Shown piece by piece: positions 23,836 through 32,000 of a stretch of 32,000 bases of DNA. The stretch's first letter is position 1, and each line of letters begins with the position of its first letter. This stretch comes from Peptococcus simiae. Lineage in GTDB: Bacteria > Bacillota > Peptococcia > Peptococcales > Peptococcaceae. The stretch spans positions 122,054-154,053 of the forward strand of contig NZ_JBJUVG010000003.1 of the NCBI RefSeq assembly GCF_046097595.1, written 5' to 3'. Made by a program: the position numbers and the translations under genes. A model generated the notes under the pieces. It ran no database searches, was not told where the DNA came from, and worked only from the letters and a program-made list of their open reading frames with translations.

Positions 23836-24974
23836 CAAAACGCCTCATGTTTGTTTTCGGAACCCGGCCGGAAGCCATTAAGATGGCCCCGCTGGTCAAG
23901 GCCTGTGAGCGGCATGATGCCTTTGAACCGGTGGTGGTGGTAACCGCCCAGCACCGGGAAATGCTGGACCAGGTCCTGGCGCTCTTTCACATTCAACCGG
24001 ACTACGACCTGAATATTATGAAGCCCGGCCAGAGCCTGACGGATATCACCTGTGCGGTGATTCGGGGCCTGGAAGGGGTTATTGCCGAGGTCCAACCGGA
24101 TATGGTCCTGGTCCATGGTGACACCACGACCACCTTTGCCGGGGCCCTGGCCGCCTACTACCAGGGGGTGCCGGTGGCCCATGTAGAGGCCGGCTTACGC
24201 AGTGGCAATATGTACGCCCCCTTCCCGGAAGAAGGAAACCGCCGGCTGACAGCTGTCCTTTCTGCGGTTCACCTGGCCCCGACGGCCGGCGCCCGGGCCG
24301 CCCTCCTGGCTGAAGGGGTCGCAGAAGACCATATCTACACCACCGGTAATACGGTTATTGATGCCTTGAATACCATCCTGGATCGTCCCTATAGCTTTCC
24401 GGAGGGACCGGTCAAGGAAGCCCTGGCCCAGCCGGGCCGCAAGCTCCTTCTAACGGCCCACCGCCGGGAAAACCTGGGGGACCCCATGCACCGGATTTTT
24501 GCCGCCCTGGTCCGCCTTCTGGAAGACTTTCCTGATACCACCCTTTTCTTCCCCATGCACAAGAACCCGAAAGTGCGGGCTGTGGTTGAGGAAGTGCTGG
24601 GCGGTCACGACCGGGTGGTCTTCATGGAACCCTTGGATTACGAACCCTTCGTCCACCTGATGAACCGGATGGACCTGATTTTAACCGATTCCGGTGGCCT
24701 CCAGGAAGAGGCGCCTTCCTTAGGCAAGCCGGTCCTGGTCTTACGGGATACCACTGAACGGCCCGAAGCCGTCGAAGCCGGTACCGTCCGCCTGGTTGGT
24801 ACCCAGGAAGGGCCCATTTACGCGGCCGCCGCCGAACTCTTAACCGACCCGGCAGCTTATGCGGCCATGAAGCATGCCATCAACCCTTACGGGGATGGGG
24901 CAGCCTGTGCCCGGATTTTACAAGCCCTGGGTCACCATTTCGGCCTGAATGACCGGCCGGACCCCTGGGCCTAA
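23832..24974 (+). CDS. mnaA: UDP-N-acetylglucosamine 2-epimerase (non-hydrolysing)
   Basis: 380 aa. Blocks: FGTRPEAIKMAPLV, VHGDTTT, HVEAGLRS, TDSGGLQEEAPSLGKPVLVLRDTTERPE. Confidence 0.92.
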   Translation: MTKRLMFVFGTRPEAIKMAPLVKACERHDAFEPVVVVTAQHREMLDQVLALFHIQPDYDLNIMKPGQSLTDITCAVIRGLEGVIAEVQPDMVLVHGDTTTTFAGALAAYYQGVPVAHVEAGLRSGNMYAPFPEEGNRRLTAVLSAVHLAPTAGARAALLAEGVAEDHIYTTGNTVIDALNTILDRPYSFPEGPVKEALAQPGRKLLLTAHRRENLGDPMHRIFAALVRLLEDFPDTTLFFPMHKNPKVRAVVEEVLGGHDRVVFMEPLDYEPFVHLMNRMDLILTDSGGLQEEAPSLGKPVLVLRDTTERPEAVEAGTVRLVGTQEGPIYAAAAELLTDPAAYAAMKHAINPYGDGAACARILQALGHHFGLNDRPDPWA

Positions 24975-24990
24975 AGCCTGGTGCGCTTCC

Positions 24991-25029
24991 GCCCTGTTGT
25001 TTGCATGCCTACAGGGCTTTTGATATAAT
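24991..25029 (+). promoter_or_regulatory. mnaA terminator hairpin overlapping the atp operon promoter
   Basis: GCCCTGT...ACAGGGC stem followed by TTTT. Embedded in it are TTGCAT (25001-25006), a 17-nt spacer and TATAAT (25024-25029). Confidence 0.6.
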
Positions 25030-25053
25030 TGTGAAGATTAGCAGGAGGGTGTC

Positions 25054-25359
25054 ATGACCAACGGAAACTGGCGGCCCAAGCCGCCTCGTCGTCCCGGGTC
25101 TGATTCTGTCTGGTTTCGTGCCTTTAATGTGGCCCTATCCTTCGGCGTTACCCTGGGTGCCTCACTCTTTATCATGTGGCACCTGGGACAGTGGATTGAC
25201 GGAAAAATCGGAACATACTTTGTTTTTACCGCCCTGGGAATCATCATTGCGGTGATTTCGGGCTTCCGTATTTTAATCCGGGAATTGACCCACTTTGAAG
25301 AAGGGCTTGCATCCGGCCGAAGACCCGATGACCCAGCCAAGAAGGGGGAGACGAAGTGA
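25054..25359 (+). CDS. atpZ: AtpZ-like small membrane protein (ATPase_gene1 family)
   Basis: 101 aa with two TM helices. Block: LSFGVTLGASLFIMWHLGQWIDGKIGT.FVFTALGIIIAV. It is the first gene of the atp operon. Confidence 0.65.
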   Translation: MTNGNWRPKPPRRPGSDSVWFRAFNVALSFGVTLGASLFIMWHLGQWIDGKIGTYFVFTALGIIIAVISGFRILIRELTHFEEGLASGRRPDDPAKKGETK

Positions 25360-25616
25360 CTACGACAACAGGCATCGTGATGGGCTTTTTGCTTGGCCTA
25401 GCTGCCTCTGCCATCAAGATATTTTTGACGGAGCGCTTTTTCATGAACCAGCCCTTGCGAGCCGGTACCGCCTTGGTACTGGTTGTGCGTATTTTGTTGG
25501 ATATCGGCGTTCTCTTCGCTATGCACTTTCAACTGTCGGCGATGGTAGCAGCGGCTATTGGGCTAACAGTTGATCCAATTTATTTCTTGACGTATATTTG
25601 GCGCAAAAAGGGGTGA
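25356..25616 (+). CDS. atpI: ATP synthase protein I
   Basis: 86-aa hydrophobic protein located between atpZ and atpB. GTGA overlap with atpZ. Confidence 0.65.
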   Translation: MTTTTGIVMGFLLGLAASAIKIFLTERFFMNQPLRAGTALVLVVRILLDIGVLFAMHFQLSAMVAAAIGLTVDPIYFLTYIWRKKG

Positions 25617-25620
25617 AGTT

Positions 25621-26328
25621 ATGTTTTTAGCAAAGCCGGCCTATGCTGCAGAAGAGATGGGGGCGCCGCAAATTCTTGCCGGCAATGATCAGTGGTTTAT
25701 TTCCAGTGATATGGTCACCATGTGGGTGATTATTTTGTGCTTAGCGGTGGTTTGCTTTATTGGCACTCGCCAGATGCGCAAACACCCCACAGGCCTGCAA
25801 AATATCCTGGAAACGATTGTCGAATTACTGCACGGAATTGTCGTCGATATTATGGGAGAGACCCGCGCCAAGCGGTATGGCCCTTTCCTGATGACCTTTT
25901 TCATTATGATTTTATGCTCGAACTATATTGGCCTTTTGCCGTTATCCGGCATGCACATACCCGGGTACATTGCGCCCACCGCCAACTTATCTGTTACGGC
26001 AGGGTTGGCAATCATCGTTATCGTCGGGTACTTTGTCATCGGCTTTATGGATGGACGGATGGCTTTTATCAAACATTTCTTCTTAACACCGATGTTACCC
26101 ATGAACCTGCTGGAAATGATTACCCGGCCGCTTTCCCTGGCCATTCGTCTTTACGGCAATATTTTCGGGGAAGAAATGATCATCGGTGTGCTTTTCGGTA
26201 TTTTACCCTTTTTCTTACCACTGCCGATGTATGCTTTATCTATCCTATTCGGCGCCATCCAGGCGTATGTATTTACCCTGCTGGCATGTATTTACTGGGA
26301 AGAAGCATCTAACCGGGAAGGCCACTAG
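25621..26328 (+). CDS. atpB: ATP synthase Fo subunit a
   Basis: 235 aa. Contains the conserved RPLSLAIRLYGNIFGEE block with the essential Arg. Confidence 0.95.
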   Translation: MFLAKPAYAAEEMGAPQILAGNDQWFISSDMVTMWVIILCLAVVCFIGTRQMRKHPTGLQNILETIVELLHGIVVDIMGETRAKRYGPFLMTFFIMILCSNYIGLLPLSGMHIPGYIAPTANLSVTAGLAIIVIVGYFVIGFMDGRMAFIKHFFLTPMLPMNLLEMITRPLSLAIRLYGNIFGEEMIIGVLFGILPFFLPLPMYALSILFGAIQAYVFTLLACIYWEEASNREGH

Positions 26329-26376
26329 GCCCTTCCGCGCAGACAGATCATTTTTATTTTAAGGAGGATGTATTAC

Positions 26377-26613
26377 ATGGAACTGACAATGGGTTTAATT
26401 GCAATTGGTATGGGCCTGGCCCTCGGGCTGGCTTCACTTGGTGTAGGGATCGGGCAAGGGATTGCCACCGGTCATGCGGCAGAATCTATGGCACGTCAAC
26501 CGGAACTGGCCGGCACCATTCGTACGACCCTCATCATCGGTCTAGCCTTCATGGAAGCAGCTGCTATTTACGCGCTCTTGATCGCTTTCATGCTCTTCAC
26601 CAAAATCGGTTAA
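26377..26613 (+). CDS. atpE: ATP synthase Fo subunit c
   Basis: 78 aa from ATG 26377, which lies 9 nt after AAGGAGG. Contains ARQPE and the carboxylate helix [17 protein letters not shown]. Ala-Ala follows the Glu, which suggests H+ rather than Na+ coupling. Confidence 0.93.
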   Translation: MELTMGLIAIGMGLALGLASLGVGIGQGIATGHAAESMARQPELAGTIRTTLIIGLAFMEAAAIYALLIAFMLFTKIG

Positions 26614-26667
26614 GCGATTTTTAAGAGACTGGATCAGTTTTAGCGTGAGCAGAAAGGAGGGTTTTCG

Positions 26668-27162
26668 TTGCAAATATCCTTACCGCAAATTATTGCCGCT
26701 ATAGTCAACTTTTTCGTCCTGCTGGCGATTTTGAAGGTTTTCCTATACAAGCCGGTCTTCAATATGCTGGAGGCCCGCAAAGCGGAAATCGATCAGAACT
26801 TAAGCGAAGCGGAACGTGCGCGCGAGGAAGCCGGTGAGCTCAAACGGCAGTATGAAGTCGAGCTCAAGGAAGCCAATACTAAGGCCCAGGCCATCATCAA
26901 CGAAGCCACCGAACTGGGTGAGAAAAACCGCACCGATTTAATTGCAGAAGCAAGGGCGGAAATCACCCGGCTGAATGAACGCGCCAAAGCAGACATCGCT
27001 CGTGAAACAGAACAGGCCGCCCAGCGCCTCAAGGCAGAAGTAGCCAATATTGCGATTGATGCTGCCGAAAGTGTGCTCAAAAGAGAGGTTAGCCAGGCCG
27101 AGCATGAACAGGTCCTGGATCAATTTATTGCAGAAGAAATAAGTGCGGGGATAGCAAAATGA
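26668..27162 (+). CDS. atpF: ATP synthase Fo subunit b
   Basis: 164 aa, TTG start after AAAGGAGGG. One N-terminal TM helix is followed by a long charged helix. Confidence 0.9.
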   Translation: MQISLPQIIAAIVNFFVLLAILKVFLYKPVFNMLEARKAEIDQNLSEAERAREEAGELKRQYEVELKEANTKAQAIINEATELGEKNRTDLIAEARAEITRLNERAKADIARETEQAAQRLKAEVANIAIDAAESVLKREVSQAEHEQVLDQFIAEEISAGIAK

Positions 27163-27725
27163 GAGACAGTAAACTCGCCAACCGCTACGCCCGCGCCTTA
27201 ATGATCCTTTCGGACTTACCGGAAGAGCAGGAAGCCATCGCCCAAGACCTTGACCTGGTGGTGGACACCCTGCATAAGAATGAAGACCTGGCCGCTGTCT
27301 ATACCGGCGTCCAGTTCTCGAATGTTGACAAAAAAGCGGTGGTGCGTCAGATTTTTGATGACACAGTTAGTGAAGATATTTTACATTTTCTGTTGCTCCT
27401 GGTGGATAAATCTCGCACCGACTATATTTTTGATATTCATGAAGCCTTTGTCACCCTGATGGATGAAGCCAAGGGTATTGTCGATATGGACTTGGAAACG
27501 GCCTTTCCCCTAGATGACCAGGCCCTTGACCGGGTCAGAGAAGGCCTGGCCCAGGCCAGCCAAAAGCAGGTCCGCCTGCATGTCACTGTGAATCCGGACC
27601 TCATTTGCGGTATCCGGGTCCAGTATGGCGACTATATTATCGACAACTCTGCAAAGGCTAAATTGGAAGCCCTGCGTCGGGACTTGGTGCAGGGGTATAA
27701 GAAGACGGAGGTGAGGGACAATTGA
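27159..27725 (+). CDS. atpH: ATP synthase F1 subunit delta
   Basis: 188 aa. Called from its position between atpF and atpA and its OSCP-like N-terminus (ANRYARAL). Confidence 0.9.
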   Translation: MRDSKLANRYARALMILSDLPEEQEAIAQDLDLVVDTLHKNEDLAAVYTGVQFSNVDKKAVVRQIFDDTVSEDILHFLLLLVDKSRTDYIFDIHEAFVTLMDEAKGIVDMDLETAFPLDDQALDRVREGLAQASQKQVRLHVTVNPDLICGIRVQYGDYIIDNSAKAKLEALRRDLVQGYKKTEVRDN

Positions 27726-29236
27726 GCATCAGACCAGATGAAATTAGTTCAATATTAAAAGAACAAATCCGCGATTACGATCAGGCTGTTGAAACCTCCG
27801 AAGTGGGTACTGTTATTGAGGTTGGTGACGGGATTGCGCGCGTGCACGGCCTATCAAATGCCATGGTCAATGAGCTCCTTGAATTCCCCGGCGGCGTGCA
27901 AGGCATGGCGCAGAACTTGGAAGAAGACAATATCGGCTGTATTATTTTAGGGGACTTTAGCCATATCAAAGACGGCGACCCGGTCAAGCGGACCGGGCGG
28001 ATCGTTGAAGTGCCCGTCGGTGAAGCCCTGATTGGGCGGGTGGTTAACGCCATCGGCGAACCGATTGACGGCAAGGGCCCCCTGGATACGGATAAAACCC
28101 GGCCGGTAGAAAATGTGGCCTCCGGGGTTATCACCCGGAAAGAGGTCAACGAGCCCCTGCAGACGGGCTTAAAGGCCATTGACGCCCTGGTACCCATCGG
28201 CCGCGGCCAACGGGAACTCATTATCGGTGACCGGCAAACCGGGAAAACAGCCATCGCGATTGATACCATTATCAACCAGCGCAATGAAGATGTCATTTGT
28301 ATCTACGTGGCCATTGGGCAAAAAGCCTCTACTGTGGCCAACGTTGTAAGCCAATTAGAAAGCTTTGGGGCTATGGACTACACCATCGTGGTCGCAGCAA
28401 CCGCTGCCGAACCGGCCCCCATGCTCTACCTGGCCCCCTATGCCGGGGCGGCCATGGGCGAAGAGTTTATGTTTAACGGCAAAGACGTCCTCATCGTTTA
28501 CGATGACCTGTCCAAACAGGCCGTCGCCTACCGGGAAATCTCCTTGCTGCTCCGCCGGCCGCCGGGACGGGAAGCCTACCCCGGGGACGTTTTCTACCTG
28601 CACTCCCGCCTTTTGGAACGGGCAGCTAAGCTGGAAGACAAGTACGGCGGCGGGTCGATGACCGCCCTGCCCATTATCGAAACCCAGGCCTCAGACGTAT
28701 CTGCCTATATACCGACTAACGTCATTTCCATTACCGACGGGCAGATCTTCCTGGAAACAGACCTCTTCTATGCCGGGATGCGGCCGGCTATTAACGCTGG
28801 GATTTCCGTATCCCGGGTTGGTGGGTCCGCTCAAATCAAGGCCATGAAGAAAATCGCCGGGAACCTCCGGATTGACCTGGCCCAATACAATGAACTGAAG
28901 GCCTTTGCCCAGTTCGGTAGTGACCTGGATGAAGCCACCAAGGCCACCCTGGCTCGGGGGGAACGGATTTCCGAACTCCTCAAGCAAAAGCAGTATAGCC
29001 CCATGCCGGTTGAAGACCAGGTAGTCGCTATTTATGCTGTCAGCCGGGGCTATGTTGATGACATCCCGGTAGACGAGCTGGCAAGGTTTGAACACGAACT
29101 ATTAAGCTACATGAAGGGTGGCCAGACAGCCGATACGGTCTTGAAGGTCATTCGCGAAACGGGCCAGATGCCGGAAGAAACGGAACAAGCCCTGAAAGAT
29201 GCGATTACATCCTTTAAAGAAGGCTTCTCCGTTTAG
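27722..29236 (+). CDS. atpA: ATP synthase F1 subunit alpha
   Basis: 504 aa. Walker A motif GDRQTGKT; strongly conserved throughout. Confidence 0.98.
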   Translation: MSIRPDEISSILKEQIRDYDQAVETSEVGTVIEVGDGIARVHGLSNAMVNELLEFPGGVQGMAQNLEEDNIGCIILGDFSHIKDGDPVKRTGRIVEVPVGEALIGRVVNAIGEPIDGKGPLDTDKTRPVENVASGVITRKEVNEPLQTGLKAIDALVPIGRGQRELIIGDRQTGKTAIAIDTIINQRNEDVICIYVAIGQKASTVANVVSQLESFGAMDYTIVVAATAAEPAPMLYLAPYAGAAMGEEFMFNGKDVLIVYDDLSKQAVAYREISLLLRRPPGREAYPGDVFYLHSRLLERAAKLEDKYGGGSMTALPIIETQASDVSAYIPTNVISITDGQIFLETDLFYAGMRPAINAGISVSRVGGSAQIKAMKKIAGNLRIDLAQYNELKAFAQFGSDLDEATKATLARGERISELLKQKQYSPMPVEDQVVAIYAVSRGYVDDIPVDELARFEHELLSYMKGGQTADTVLKVIRETGQMPEETEQALKDAITSFKEGFSV

Positions 29237-29250
29237 AAAGGGGGCAGACC

Positions 29251-30129
29251 ATGGCGAAAACCAGAGAAATAAAAAGGCGCATGACGAGTATCACCAATAC
29301 GCGCCAAATCACCTCCGCCATGAAAATGGTTTCTGCGTCCAAATTGCGTCGTGCACAAGTCTTTGTGGGCGCCGGAGAGCAATACCGGAATAAGCTGCGG
29401 CAGGTCATTGCCCAGGTGGCCCAGGCCAGTGGGCAGATTTTTGACCACCCTCTTTTAGACCAGCGGGAGGTCAAAAAAGCCGGCTTTGTCATCTTTGCCT
29501 CAGACAAGGGCTTGGCCGGCGGCTACAACAGCAACCTCCTCAACTTTGCCCTGGACCAGGTCCAGGCCGCAGAGGCCCGGGGGGCCGCTATCGGCATTAT
29601 TGCTGTTGGCCGGAAAGCAACCGATTTCTTCAAAAAGCGCGGTTATACCATTGACTTAGCAGCGCTGGAAACGGCAGATGTGCCGGAGATCAGTGATTCC
29701 AATGAACTCACCAACCACATCATAGAAGCCTATGGGACCGGCTACTATGACGAGGTGACCGTCATTTACCAGCAATTTAAGTCCGCTATGAGCCAAACGC
29801 CTGTAGCGGTCAAGGTCCTACCCTTTGACACAGATGAAATGAGTGGGGAGCAGAAGGATGCCCCCTATACCGATGATTATATTTTTGAACCCAATGCCGC
29901 CGAGATTCTGGAGGCCTTGCTGCCGATGTACCTGTCCAACCAGCTTTACGCCGCCCTGGTGGATGCCAAGGTTGGGGAACATGGTGCCCGGATGACGGCC
30001 ATGACCGCCGCCACGGATAACGCCACAGATCTTTTGGCTACACTGGAAATCACCTATAACCGAGCGCGTCAAACGGCCATTACCAATGAAATTACAGAAA
30101 TTGTGGCCGGTGCCGATGCCCTGGGTTAG
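29251..30129 (+). CDS. atpG: ATP synthase F1 subunit gamma
   Basis: 292 aa. The MAKTREIKRRMTSITNTRQITSAMKMVSASKLRRAQ N-terminus and the ITNEITEIVAGADAL C-terminus are both typical of gamma. Confidence 0.97.
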   Translation: MAKTREIKRRMTSITNTRQITSAMKMVSASKLRRAQVFVGAGEQYRNKLRQVIAQVAQASGQIFDHPLLDQREVKKAGFVIFASDKGLAGGYNSNLLNFALDQVQAAEARGAAIGIIAVGRKATDFFKKRGYTIDLAALETADVPEISDSNELTNHIIEAYGTGYYDEVTVIYQQFKSAMSQTPVAVKVLPFDTDEMSGEQKDAPYTDDYIFEPNAAEILEALLPMYLSNQLYAALVDAKVGEHGARMTAMTAATDNATDLLATLEITYNRARQTAITNEITEIVAGADALG

Positions 30130-30135
30130 GAGTAA

Positions 30136-31581
<1,446 letters not shown>

Positions 31582-31589
31582 GAGGTATT

Positions 31590-32000
31590 ATGGCGGAGAA
31601 CAAGATACACCTTGACGTGGTTACGCCGCGCGGCGTTGCCTTGAATGTGGACTGCGATCTGGTGGTCGTCACCTCAACCAATGGTGAAATGGGCTTCATG
31701 GCCAACCACGCACCGACGTTGGCCGCCTTAATCCCACAAGTGGTCCGCTATACCGTAGATGGCCAGGAAAACGTCATCTTCGTATCCGGCGGCTTTGTCG
31801 AAGTAAACGACAACACCGTGAGCATCATGGCCCTGGCTGCAGAAACCAGCTCTGAAATCGACTTCAAGCGGGCTGAAGAAGCCAGAAACCGTGCCATTGC
31901 CCACCTCAAAGAAGGCGAGCACTCAGACCGCGTCCGGGCGGAAGCCGCCCTGGCTCGGGCCAATGCCCGTCTCAAAATGAGCGAATACCGCCACGGATAA
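31590..32000 (+). CDS. atpC: ATP synthase F1 subunit epsilon
   Basis: 136 aa. The stop codon TAA occupies the last three bases of the window. Confidence 0.93.
   Translation: MAENKIHLDVVTPRGVALNVDCDLVVVTSTNGEMGFMANHAPTLAALIPQVVRYTVDGQENVIFVSGGFVEVNDNTVSIMALAAETSSEIDFKRAEEARNRAIAHLKEGEHSDRVRAEAALARANARLKMSEYRHG

Noticed and set aside
3190-28296. Long antisense or alternate-frame ORFs inside well-supported genes. Examples: 3190..3672(-) in hisG, 7407..7829(-) in hisF, 12200..12622(+) and 13826..14188(+) in the GRE, 20747..21304(-) in the sigma gene, 25722..26312(+) in atpB, 27781..28296(-) in atpA.
   Set aside because: These are typical stop-codon-poor shadow frames of GC-rich coding DNA. Their translations are Pro/Arg/Gly/Ala-rich with no motifs or RBSs, and the overlapping genes are unambiguous.

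Overview
This 32 kb window looks like the chromosome of a GC-rich Firmicute. The Bacilli-like gene order supports this: veg, comEB, and mnaA followed by the atp operon. This taxonomic call is inference only. Most of the window is housekeeping. It holds the 5' part of an apbE lipoprotein gene on the minus strand, open at the left edge and absent from the ORF track. It also holds a tightly coupled histidine operon (hisZ-G-D-C-B-A-F-I-E, with no hisH), rplI, veg, rubrerythrin and tRNA-Ser(GGA). Further along are a long-form SRP RNA on the minus strand, a PanE/ApbA-family reductase, dCMP deaminase, a MazG-like gene, mnaA and a complete F1Fo ATP synthase operon (atpZ-I-B-E-F-H-A-G-D-C). Three accessory stretches stand out. 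(1) An orphan glycyl-radical-enzyme (GRE) locus lies between tRNA-Ser and the SRP RNA. It consists of an XRE-cupin regulator, a 788-aa GRE and its activase, plus a divergently transcribed anion-permease-like gene. The GRE has a canonical glycyl motif (RVAGY), but its Cys loop reads GCVVP rather than the GCxE of characterised eliminase-type GREs. (2) A PspC-PspC-CbiX-anti-sigma-sigma(SigB/F-type) gene string has no STAS anti-anti-sigma gene in view. (3) A ~1.2 kb islet of about one-third G+C encodes a divergent pair: a multi-TM protein and a secreted 242-aa protein of unknown function. All product calls come from motif recognition by eye; no database search was possible.
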